64,000 nt of DNA, from NCBI GenBank assembly GCA_026395595.1, contig JAPLYL010000001.1, forward strand, positions 6,174-70,173, written 5' to 3'. The translations under genes and the position numbers were made by a program. Below are positions 1 through 8,251 of this stretch, one piece after another (position 1 is the first letter of the stretch; each line of letters begins with the position of its first letter). Origin of the DNA: Candidatus Parcubacteria bacterium. Its GTDB lineage: Bacteria > Patescibacteriota > Minisyncoccia > Phycocordibacterales > CAIJYI01. The notes beneath the pieces are model-generated. The model was not told where the DNA came from, made no database searches, and was given only the letters and a program-made list of their open reading frames with translations.

Positions 1-1456
1 CAGTAATGGTTTCGCCTGAGTTGTAGGCGCTTTTATCCAAACTCACCGTAAACAAAGATCCGCCAAGCCAAAAAGTGTCAGCCTTTGCTTCCGGTGCAGA
101 TCCAAATAATCCTGTTCCAATCATCAATCCAAATAAAATGAACAGGCCTCCACGTTTATTTTTTCTCAAAAAATAAAAAACAAAACCGGCAACCAACAAA
201 ATAAAAAGAATAATCAATATATTTCTTACTGTATTTTGCTGTACACTTTTAGACACAATGTCGTAAGAGTTATTCGCTAAAACTTTTCCGGCATTGTCAA
301 CGATTTTTGCCGTGATTGCGGGATTTTTGCAATCATTTATTATGGAAAGAGAAAATTCTTCCATACCGCCGGTAGTCTTGTCGTTCAATGTTTTTGTAAT
401 AGGTTCAGCGCAAATTTTACCCCATTCATCCGCGACAGAGAAAATAACGGAAACTTCTTTGTTAGTTTCTGCTTGTCCAAAACGAGATTCCGGAAAATTA
501 TCTGCTGATCCGCTCCAGAAAAATGCTGCTTTGGCAATATCCCCTTTTGCGTAATAGTCTTTATCTATCGTTAAGTTTTGAATGGTAGCGCTTTCTCCGC
601 GCAAAACATAATGAAAAATTACTGAAGAAGACAGGGTTCTTCCCGTTAATTCTGAAAACAAATCTTTTTTATCGTTATTGAAAGTCAGAATTGAATCATA
701 AGCTTGAGGCTCTGTCATTTTGGGAATCTTGGCAGTAAAATCAAAAGATTGACCGGGCTCAAGAGTAATGGCATTTTGATCAACTATACTAACAACCTTT
801 CCAAACGGAGAACGATACCTCGTCTGAAAATTTGGAACAAAAGTTTTCTTTGTTTTGAACGTATTGGTAATAAGGCAATGAGCGATAAGAGTTTCTTTCG
901 CAGAAATATCAACACCCTGAGAAAGATTATAATGTTTGTCTCCCTCCTCCCCTTCTACTGTCAAGAAACATTCTTTGAAATCAATTGCTATTTTATCATT
1001 CGTCCCCTTAAGAACGATTGGATCTTTTATTTGAACCATTCCAAAAGAAAGTCCATCCGGATTTCTCGCTTCAACAACGATAAAATAATCTCCGCTCAAA
1101 AAAGACGGGGCAGTATAAATAATCTCTTTTTTTAGAGTAACATTATTCCCCAGACTCAGAATATCGTTATCATAAATTTTCTGATCGATCAGAAAAACTC
1201 CATCGCTTTGTTTTTGAAAAAGGTCTACCGCATAGATGACTTTCGGCTGAACACCTTCTCTGTTGGAGATATTGAACGAGAGAGAAAAGACATTACCGTC
1301 TTGTTTCAAAAGTTTTATATCTTGAACATTGACCGTAGCAACAACAATCACTTTTTCGGGCAGCGGCGTCAAAGAAGAAGGATCTCCTTGTGCAAACGCA
1401 AAAGGCGCTCCAAGAAGAAGAAAGATTGACGCAAAGCTTTTGAAGAAAGTATGCAT
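1..1456 (-). CDS. Large secreted/membrane-anchored surface protein, partial (runs off the left window edge; absent from the ORF track)
   Basis: Hand translation from ATG at 1456 gives MHTFFKSFASIFLLLGAPFAFAQGDP (signal peptide), then beta-rich sequence. The window-edge end is in the same frame and reads NILIILFILLVAGFVFYFLRKNKRGGLFILFGLMIGTGLFGSAPEAKADTFW...KSAYNSGETIT. The middle was not checked codon by codon. Confidence 0.8.
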   Translation of the reverse strand, partial: MHTFFKSFASIFLLLGAPFAFAQGDPSSLTPLPEKVIVVATVNVQDIKLLKQDGNVFSLSFNISNREGVQPKVIYAVDLFQKQSDGVFLIDQKIYDNDILSLGNNVTLKKEIIYTAPSFLSGDYFIVVEARNPDGLSFGMVQIKDPIVLKGTNDKIAIDFKECFLTVEGEEGDKHYNLSQGVDISAKETLIAHCLITNTFKTKKTFVPNFQTRYRSPFGKVVSIVDQNAITLEPGQSFDFTAKIPKMTEPQAYDSILTFNNDKKDLFSELTGRTLSSSVIFHYVLRGESATIQNLTIDKDYYAKGDIAKAAFFWSGSADNFPESRFGQAETNKEVSVIFSVADEWGKICAEPITKTLNDKTTGGMEEFSLSIINDCKNPAITAKIVDNAGKVLANNSYDIVSKSVQQNTVRNILIILFILLVAGFVFYFLRKNKRGGLFILFGLMIGTGLFGSAPEAKADTFWLGGSLFTVSLDKSAYNSGETIT

Positions 1457-1510
1457 GGGTTTATTTTTTAAAAAATATTTTATTTATCGTAGTAAGGATA
1501 TCTCCTCTTT

Positions 1511-4192
1511 TTAACCGCCGGAACCGTTACACATCCAAACATAGTTTGCCATTGAGTCGGTGGTGTCAAAGAATGTTCCTCTTACGCAAGTATTATTAAC
1601 GGAAGTATTGCATAGCCCGTTAACAAGCGAAGTTACTGCAATTGTATCTGTTTGCCCGAGATAAGTAGCCGTAACCGTAGCCGTATTCGCGCTTTTTCCA
1701 ACAATCCACCCCTTATCTGTAATCGTATTCGTAACCGTAGCGACCCCAGCGGCGCTACTTGTCCAATTTGAAGACATGGTTACATCGATTGCCCCCGGAT
1801 GAGAAGAGCATTTAGCGCCAACTCCATACCATCCAATAGCCTGTATTCCCGTCTCTCCTACAGCAACAGTGGTCGTGAATGGACAAATAACAAATGTTGC
1901 CACATTTACCGTAAAAGGCACCCACTCAGAGGTGGCAGGATCTGTTACGCTGTTATCTTTTGTTCTTACTTTAAAAGTATAGGCACCCGAAGTGGCCCAA
2001 GTATGAGCCGTTTCTTGTATGGTTGCAGGAGTAACATATCCTGATACTGGAATAATTCCATCGGATACTCCATCGTCATTCCAATCAAATTGGTAGTATA
2101 CGTTATTTCCTTCTGTATCAGGGGCAGAATGAACATAAAAACCAACTGATTGCCCTTTACTCACCGTAATAGGCGAACCATTTCCTGAAAGGTTGGTAAT
2201 AATCGGAGGCTGAGCAGTGTTAGGAAGTATGGTTACTGTTACTGAGTCACTAACGGAAACACCAATCGAATTTGAACAGGTCATAGTGTAAGTGGTACTA
2301 GTGGTTATACCTCCGGGAGTAATTCCGGTGGAATTACTCCGATTTCTTGTCGTACTATTCCATTCAGTATCACCCGAAGAAACGCATGGATATTCAGAGT
2401 TAGTAGACGACCATGTAAGCACCGTGCTGTTTCCGGAAATGACAGAAGTCGGTGTAGCTGTAAGAGTAACGGTTGGATTCGGAACAACGGTCACTGTGAC
2501 AGACGCGCTAGCGTTGACACCTGCGGAATTGTGGCAAGTAAGAGTGGACCACTTGAGAATGGTGTTCGTTCCCGTTGCGATAGAAGATGGTGTTGCCGTA
2601 AGACTCACGGTTGGCGGCGCGACGCAAGCGCTTCCATCCCATGCATATCCAGTATTGCAGGAGAATTCACATTTCGCGACGGTATTAGGATCAGCGTAAG
2701 AGTAGTTAGTGGCGACTATAAGTCCGGTGAGATTAGTGCCGGTGTAAGCAGTTCCATTTGTTGGGACCGTTCCTCCACAGACGTATGGGTCTCTTGATGC
2801 GCTGCAAGAAGCAGTGTTGCCAGTGTTTACGCCAGTACAAGTCCATGTAGCGCTAGAACCAGCAGTCGGGAATGTTGGGAGAAAACCAGTTCCTGCTGAA
2901 CAAGCGGTATCAATACCAAAAGAAGTAACGCTTGAAGCATATGCTTTGTTGTTAGCCGTTCCACAAGCACCGTTGACCGGGATAAGAGCGGTTACTGTTA
3001 CTGAGTCGCTAGCGGAAACACCAACAGAATTGGAACAAGTAAGGGTGTAGGTAGTATCTGCAGTAACGACAGAACTAACTCCGGTAGCGTTATTGAGATT
3101 GCGAGTATTTCCTGTCCAGCCGCCAGTAGAAGTACAAGGATAAACACCACCAGTAGACGACCAAGTAAGCAAAGTACTATTCCCTGTAACAACAGAAGTC
3201 GGCGCAGCCGTAAGAGTAACGGTTGGATTCGGAACAACGGTAACTGTTGCGGAAGCGCTGGCAGTAACGCCGGCTGAATTATGACACGTAAGGGTGTAGG
3301 TGGTGGTTGTAGTGATACCGGTGACAGAATTCCCTGTTGTCAGATTTGATTTTATCTTTGTTCCGCTCCACGTTCCGCCTGATGCGGTACAGCTTGTGTT
3401 ATCAGAGACATTGGTAGTATCCCAAGTAAGGAGAGTGCTTCCATTCGGAGAGATAGAAGATGGTGTTGCCGTAAGACTCACGGTTGGCGGCGCGACGCAA
3501 GCGCTTCCATCCCATGCATATCCAGTATTGCAGGAGAATTCACATTTCGCGACGGTATTAGGATCAGCGTAAGAGTAATTAGTGGCGACTATAAGTCCGG
3601 TGAGATTAGTGCCGGTGTAAGCAGTTCCATTTGTTGGGACCGTTCCTCCACAGACGTATGGGTCTCTTGAAACAGTACAAGAAGCATTCGTTCCAGTATT
3701 TATGCCATTACACGACCAAGTAGCAGTGGAACCTGCGGCGGGAAAAGTTGGTAGAGAACCAGTTCCAGAAGAACAAGCCGTATCAACACCATAAGAGGTA
3801 ATCGTAGAAGCATACGTTTTGTTGTGAGCCGTACCGCAAACGCCGTTTACCGGGATAAGAGCGGTTACGATCACCGAACCGCTAGCGGAAACACCAACAG
3901 AGTTGGAACAAGTAAGGGTGTACGTTTTGTTCGCATTAACAACCAAACTGACCCCAGTACTATTAGAGCGGCTCCGGCTGGTGCTATTCCAGTCGGTTGA
4001 CCCAGAAGAAGTGCAGGCACCGGTCGTATTGGTTGACGACCATGTAAGCACCGTGCTGTTTCCGGAAATGACAGAAGTCGGTGTAGCTGTAAGAGTAACG
4101 GTTGGATTCGGAACAACGGTCACTGTGACAGACGCGCTAGCGTTGACACCTGCGGAATTGTGGCAAGTAAGAGTGCCAAATATGCTCCGCAA
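1511..4192 (-). CDS. Thr/Ser/Cys-rich repetitive surface protein (Ig/PKD-like repeats, Cys-rich modules, C-terminal PKD and Big_2-like domains); 5' end appears disrupted
   Basis: 893-aa ORF with repeated PTVxLTAxPxS...LTWSST...C...YTLTCxN units, NGxCGxA...WxCxG units, YQFDWNDDG (PKD-like) and WTSSAAGVATV (Big_2-like). A signal-peptide start (ATG 4257) is in another frame. Confidence 0.8.
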   Translation of the reverse strand: MRSIFGTLTCHNSAGVNASASVTVTVVPNPTVTLTATPTSVISGNSTVLTWSSTNTTGACTSSGSTDWNSTSRSRSNSTGVSLVVNANKTYTLTCSNSVGVSASGSVIVTALIPVNGVCGTAHNKTYASTITSYGVDTACSSGTGSLPTFPAAGSTATWSCNGINTGTNASCTVSRDPYVCGGTVPTNGTAYTGTNLTGLIVATNYSYADPNTVAKCEFSCNTGYAWDGSACVAPPTVSLTATPSSISPNGSTLLTWDTTNVSDNTSCTASGGTWSGTKIKSNLTTGNSVTGITTTTTYTLTCHNSAGVTASASATVTVVPNPTVTLTAAPTSVVTGNSTLLTWSSTGGVYPCTSTGGWTGNTRNLNNATGVSSVVTADTTYTLTCSNSVGVSASDSVTVTALIPVNGACGTANNKAYASSVTSFGIDTACSAGTGFLPTFPTAGSSATWTCTGVNTGNTASCSASRDPYVCGGTVPTNGTAYTGTNLTGLIVATNYSYADPNTVAKCEFSCNTGYAWDGSACVAPPTVSLTATPSSIATGTNTILKWSTLTCHNSAGVNASASVTVTVVPNPTVTLTATPTSVISGNSTVLTWSSTNSEYPCVSSGDTEWNSTTRNRSNSTGITPGGITTSTTYTMTCSNSIGVSVSDSVTVTILPNTAQPPIITNLSGNGSPITVSKGQSVGFYVHSAPDTEGNNVYYQFDWNDDGVSDGIIPVSGYVTPATIQETAHTWATSGAYTFKVRTKDNSVTDPATSEWVPFTVNVATFVICPFTTTVAVGETGIQAIGWYGVGAKCSSHPGAIDVTMSSNWTSSAAGVATVTNTITDKGWIVGKSANTATVTATYLGQTDTIAVTSLVNGLCNTSVNNTCVRGTFFDTTDSMANYVWMCNGSGG
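2406..2546. repeat. 141-bp direct repeat, copy 1 (copy 2 at 4035-4175)
   Basis: Identical sequence gacgaccatgtaagc...gcaagtaagagtg at both sites. Confidence 0.9.
2579..2797. repeat. 219-bp direct repeat, copy 1 (copy 2 at 3452-3670)
   Basis: Near-identical (one mismatch seen, agtagtt/agtaatt); encodes SRDPYVCGGTVPT...PPTVSLTATPSSI twice. Confidence 0.9.
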
Positions 4193-4359
4193 AAAAAGAT
4201 GAAAAGCAGAACAACAAAAGAAAAACTTTTTTTGAGTTGCGAATAAAATATACGCATAGACTTTTTTATTTTTTAAAAATAGTTAACATCCTCGCCGACA
4301 TCAAAAAGTATCTGTGATTCTTTTAATTATATCACAGGAGTAAAGAAAAAAGATGTGAC

Positions 4360-4368
4360 TTATCCACA
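4360..4368. promoter_or_regulatory. DnaA box (TTATCCACA); further perfect copies at 5292-5300, 6523-6531, 7406-7414, 51825-51833, 58127-58135 and variants at 33574-33582, 56816-56824
   Basis: Match to the TTATNCACA consensus; all listed copies are intergenic. Confidence 0.7.
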
Positions 4369-4431
4369 CAAAAAACCGTTTCAGTTTAAATCTGAAACAG
4401 TTTTTTAATTTATACAAACGAAATAAAAACT

Positions 4432-5187
4432 CTATGGAGTATGTACTCCTCCTTTAATGTTCAAGTTTCTCACCACGAGAGCTCTTGGATCCGTCGTTCC
4501 CGTCAAAAGGTTAGCTTGAATTCTTACTTTGTCGTTTTCCGCCCAAAGAGCGCTGTAGGTGGATTTTGTGTTGCGTTCATAATCCATAAAAAGAGTCGGG
4601 ATGCAACCGGAATCTGTCAAAGCGCAGTTGACTACCGACACAGTATAGGTCTTGACAGGAGAATTTGAAACCACTGTATTGCCAATAGCCACGACACTTC
4701 CGGTAAGAGTAAAACCATTAGGCTGATTGCTTGCATTCTTTACAATACCCGTCATCACCCCATCAATAATCACGGAATCCAAGGTTGCGGTTTTTTCAAT
4801 AGTCCAATCATGTACATAGTTTGTCTTAACGACACCGGAAGAGTTCATGGTCCCGGTAAGACCGATCATATCTCCTGCATTGAATTTTTGTAGCAATGAG
4901 ATTACGGTATCACCGGCAACTTGCGTATACCCGTCAATAGCGATACTCCCTTTTTTTAATACAGAAAAATCAATGGTATAATCCTTAGCCCACGAAGTAA
5001 TGGTAAAAGCAGTATCAGCATTGGAGATAGCCGTTTTAAGCGTTCCTCTCATCGTCGTTGCTCCAGTCGTCCCGATAGAGATTACCGGCACAGCTGTCGG
5101 CGGAGTATATGGTATAGCAAGGACGGAAATCGATCCGAACAACGACATGATTGCAATAATCGTAATGGCAAATAGTTTTTTATTCAT
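4432..5187 (-). CDS. Secreted hypothetical protein, two probable OB-fold-like (DUF5666-like) halves
   Basis: Signal peptide MNKKLFAITIIAIMSLFGSISVLA; GD-x-I/V-x-x-x-G type motifs (AGDMIGLTG, ENDKVRIQA). Confidence 0.65.
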   Translation of the reverse strand: MNKKLFAITIIAIMSLFGSISVLAIPYTPPTAVPVISIGTTGATTMRGTLKTAISNADTAFTITSWAKDYTIDFSVLKKGSIAIDGYTQVAGDTVISLLQKFNAGDMIGLTGTMNSSGVVKTNYVHDWTIEKTATLDSVIIDGVMTGIVKNASNQPNGFTLTGSVVAIGNTVVSNSPVKTYTVSVVNCALTDSGCIPTLFMDYERNTKSTYSALWAENDKVRIQANLLTGTTDPRALVVRNLNIKGGVHTP

Positions 5188-5305
5188 AGAATAAAGTATT
5201 TTTTGTTTTAGTAGTAAATAATATCTGTTACTTTTTTGTTAATCATAGTATAACATCTATTTTTTTTGTAACAAACAAAAAAAACAAAAACTTATCCACA
5301 GAGTC

Positions 5306-5656
5306 TTACACTCGAGGGTAAACGATATTTACCCCCTGTGGTCCGTCATAATTTCCGAGAGTATTTTGCATAAAACCGATAATTCCCCAAATAGTAATGA
5401 GAACAAACAAAGCGACCACCCCCCATACCATGATATTTTTTCCTTTTTCGTTGGCGTTTTTATCCTCTTGATTAAGGAGAAATAAAGCTAATCCGTAAAA
5501 GAAGGCAACAAAAGCAAGAGTTCCGAAGATATTTATGAGGGATAATGTTACCGATAAAAACATATCAAGAGTCGTTCCAAGAGTAGTAAAACCAGAGACA
5601 GCAAAAGGAACAAAAGAGAGACTGCCTATAAAAAATAAAAGCATGTTTTTTTTCAT
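5306..5656 (-). CDS. VirB2/TrbC-like (T4SS_pilin-type) CPR pilin
   Basis: Signal-like N-terminus; two TM helices joined by a charged loop; EKGKNIMVWGVVALFV motif. Confidence 0.8.
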   Translation of the reverse strand: MKKNMLLFFIGSLSFVPFAVSGFTTLGTTLDMFLSVTLSLINIFGTLAFVAFFYGLALFLLNQEDKNANEKGKNIMVWGVVALFVLITIWGIIGFMQNTLGNYDGPQGVNIVYPRV

Positions 5657-5729
5657 AGGTTAATTATAACAACGGTTCAATAAAAAAACAAACCGCCATA
5701 ATGACAGTTTGTTTTTTTCTAAATTTTTA

Positions 5730-6002
5730 CTAATTTGAGGGGATAGAGACTCCTTCTGGTAACGTAATGCCAAAAGTTCCAATAATGAGTCTCATGATCC
5801 CAAAAACACTGATCATGATAAACATTCCCAAAAGACCCCACACCATATGCCTCTGTCCTATGGCACGATCGGCAGGACTGCCGGCGATATAATATCTTGT
5901 CATTCCATAAAGGAACAAAATAGTCGCGAGAACGAACAAGAACCCAATAAAAGGATTGAGGATATAGGTGTTTATCTTCAAAAGAAGCTGATCAATGTTC
6001 AT
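5730..6002 (-). CDS. VirB2/TrbC-like CPR pilin
   Basis: FLYG...GQRHMVWGLLGMFIMISVFGI motif. Confidence 0.8.
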   Translation of the reverse strand: MNIDQLLLKINTYILNPFIGFLFVLATILFLYGMTRYYIAGSPADRAIGQRHMVWGLLGMFIMISVFGIMRLIIGTFGITLPEGVSIPSN

Positions 6003-6022
6003 AAAACGGTAATTTCAGTCTC

Positions 6023-6421
6023 TTAGATAGTGATATTAATGAGTCCGCCACCGGTGGTATTGCTCGGGGTAACGTCAGGAAGAGTAAGAGTCTGTGTTCC
6101 GGTCGGTCCTCCGACATTTCCAATAGTGTTCTGCATAAAACCGATAATTCCCCAAATGGTTACCATAACAAACAAAGCGAGAACGCCCCAGATCATGATG
6201 CTTTTTCCTTCCTTGGCTTTGTCTTCATCTCCGGCTGCCAAAACGTACATGGCCAATCCCCAGAAGAAGAATACAACGACGAGAGTGGAAACAATCGGAA
6301 CAAGCATATTGACGATAGTTCCCACCAATCCGACAAGACCCTGCAAATTTCCCGCTGTATTTTGAGCGGAAGCGATAAATGGCGCAGCAAACGCACCGAG
6401 TACTATGAGTATTTTTTTCAT
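6023..6421 (-). CDS. VirB2/TrbC-like CPR pilin (start at MKKILIVL)
   Basis: Signal peptide ending ASA-Q; FFWG...KEGKSIMIWGVLALFVMVTIWGII; close paralog of 5306-5656. Confidence 0.85.
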   Translation of the reverse strand: MKKILIVLGAFAAPFIASAQNTAGNLQGLVGLVGTIVNMLVPIVSTLVVVFFFWGLAMYVLAAGDEDKAKEGKSIMIWGVLALFVMVTIWGIIGFMQNTIGNVGGPTGTQTLTLPDVTPSNTTGGGLINITI

Positions 6422-6545
6422 ATGAAAAATGTTATACCTTATAATTTTAATAAATAAAAAGAATGAATACACATTCTATTCTCTTTAATTGTATCAGATA
6501 ACGGAATGAGGGCAAATAAACGTGTGGATAAGCAAAGAAAAACGT

Positions 6546-6830
6546 TTATGAACTTGATGGCAGTTGCGGAATAAGAAGAGGAGAAAGATTAAATGTGTTC
6601 ACCAAAACTCCGACGATCCCCCACAAAGTGAACATCACAAAAATTGCAACAATGCTCCACATCATCCATGCCTTTCCTTTCGTCCTTTTATCATCATCAC
6701 TAGTGTTGAAGATAAAAACAACGATTCCATAGAAAAACGCGGCAAAGGCGGCGGCAAAGAGCAACCCCATAGCCTTGGCGATAAGCCCGATAAAAAGATT
6801 CATAATGTCTTGAAAATTGGTCGGTGCCAT
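6546..6830 (-). CDS. VirB2/TrbC-like CPR pilin
   Basis: FFYG...KGKAWMMWSIVAIFVMFTLWGI. Confidence 0.8.
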   Translation of the reverse strand: MAPTNFQDIMNLFIGLIAKAMGLLFAAAFAAFFYGIVVFIFNTSDDDKRTKGKAWMMWSIVAIFVMFTLWGIVGVLVNTFNLSPLLIPQLPSSS

Positions 6831-6860
6831 ATAGTTTAGTTTAGATAATAAAAGTAGTAT

Positions 6861-7292
6861 TTAACCGGTGGGCCCTCCTATCTGCGCGATCGTCCCGACA
6901 ATGGCATTCGCCAAAAGCCACGAACCGAAAAGAACCGCCGTTCCGATAACCGCCCACAGAAAAGCATTTTTTGCAGAGGTGAGTTTCGTTTCATTTCCTT
7001 GCGCGGTGAGAAAAAGAAATCCGGAATAAAGAATAAAGAACGTGGCAACAGGAACGCCTATTTGCAAAAGAATACGAAGAACACTCTGAATAAATTCGGG
7101 TAAAGAGTGAATATTCGGAGTAATCGGTTCAGCCGCCAAGTTTATTTTTGGAGGAGAATCGGCAAAAACTGATACGCCAGTAGAAAGTAACAAAACAACA
7201 AAAGCACCAACTCCAAATGTTCCGGACGGGGGTACAACCCCCGTCCGGCGACGAGCGATGGCTCTCTTTTCATTTGTCATTTCGTTTTTCAT
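6861..7292 (-). CDS. VirB2/TrbC-like CPR pilin (start uncertain)
   Basis: LYSGFLFLTAQGNETKLTSAKNAFLWAVIG, the typical GFxxxxAxGxxxKLxxAK pattern. Confidence 0.85.
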   Translation of the reverse strand: MKNEMTNEKRAIARRRTGVVPPSGTFGVGAFVVLLLSTGVSVFADSPPKINLAAEPITPNIHSLPEFIQSVLRILLQIGVPVATFFILYSGFLFLTAQGNETKLTSAKNAFLWAVIGTAVLFGSWLLANAIVGTIAQIGGPTG

Positions 7293-7454
7293 TGGAAATT
7301 TGAAATTTTATTACCCCCCCATCGACCCAATCGTATTTTGAAAAACTTTTAAGGTGTTTATATATTGATTTAATTATATCATATCAATAAAAATTTCGAC
7401 GAAGTTTATCCACAGAGTTGCACGTACTTGTTGAATGTAGCAAACGAATACTTG

Positions 7455-7489
7455 ACTTAACATAAGTTATATGTTAACTTATGTTAAGT
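7455..7489. promoter_or_regulatory. 15-bp perfect inverted repeat (5-nt spacer) overlapping a TTGACT -35 element; operator candidate
   Basis: acttaacataagtta-tatgt-taacttatgttaagt; TTGACT at 7452-7457. Confidence 0.55.
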
Positions 7490-7605
7490 TTGTTTTTGGG
7501 GTTATCTCAAAAAAAAGAATGGTTTCTTTGAAGTTTTTTTAATAAAACGATAAATTTCATTAGAAATTTTAACTCTACAAAGTGAAAATTCACAAGAGGC
7601 ATACA

Positions 7606-7849
7606 ATGATTAATTCAGAATACTACCACAACAAAGGCGAACAAGATGGGGTAGAAGGGCCTTGTAGCTACGATCCCCCCAATGAAAAACTTTGATTTTG
7701 ACTTTGACTACAAAGAAGATTACGATGCGGGGTGGTCTTATGCCAGAGGTCAGTATGATTATAATAATGATTGCGGATACAAACCCCAAGGCAATGAAGA
7801 ATCATACGACGAGGGCTGGGAAAACGCAAAAGAACAAGATGACGACTAG
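7606..7849 (+). pseudogene. Small acidic Tyr/Gly/Asp-rich protein, frameshifted at a C6 tract (7675-7680)
   Basis: AGAGG RBS then MINSEYYHNKGEQDGVEGPCSYDPP; removing one C continues into MKNFDFDFDYKEDYDAGWSYARGQ...YDEGWENAKEQDDD*; terminator follows. Confidence 0.6.
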
Positions 7850-7862
7850 ATAGTTAAGCTGT

Positions 7863-7891
7863 GACCACAATTGAAAAATTGTGGTCTTTTT
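7863..7891 (+). terminator. Intrinsic terminator
   Basis: gaccacaatt-gaaa-aattgtggtc-ttttt. Confidence 0.7.
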
Positions 7892-7908
7892 ATATTTCCC
7901 TATTGCAT

Positions 7909-8244
7909 TTACCCACCAAGCTGACCGATAGTGTTTTTAACAATCGTTGCTACAATGATGGCGGACAATATGACTATGGCTCCGATAAAGCTTCCGACGA
8001 GCCACCCTCTCGCTATTTTTAACTTCCCAGGGTCGCCGCTTGCGGATACAAACAGATATCCGGTCCAAATAAAGGCGAGCGTAATAACGGGGATGCTGAT
8101 TCGTATCACGATATTCAACATCGCGGTTACGAATTCAAACAGCGTCCCCACTGCAGGCGTCGGAGAGGTAAGTTTGGTTACTCCTTGTGCAAAAGATACG
8201 AGGGGTAACAAATAAAGCGCGGTGATGTAAAAAAACTTTCTCAT
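7909..8244 (-). CDS. VirB2/TrbC-like CPR pilin
   Basis: Signal peptide ending SFA-Q; WTGYLFVSASGDPGKLKIAR; paralog of 6861-7292. Confidence 0.85.
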   Translation of the reverse strand: MRKFFYITALYLLPLVSFAQGVTKLTSPTPAVGTLFEFVTAMLNIVIRISIPVITLAFIWTGYLFVSASGDPGKLKIARGWLVGSFIGAIVILSAIIVATIVKNTIGQLGG

Positions 8245-8251
8245 ACATAGT

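Noticed and set aside
4360-7414. Replication origin suggested by DnaA boxes
   Set aside because: The boxes are single and spread across separate intergenic regions, with no dnaA/dnaN and no clustered array.
7693-7707. TGA readthrough or genetic code 25 (TGA TTT TGA CTT TGA in frame)
   Set aside because: Conserved genes are intact under code 11, cysS and NYN end in TGA, and a one-base shift explains this ORF better.
5306-8244. Conjugative element or T4SS locus
   Set aside because: No VirB4, VirD4, relaxase or integrase in the window; the context is chromosomal.
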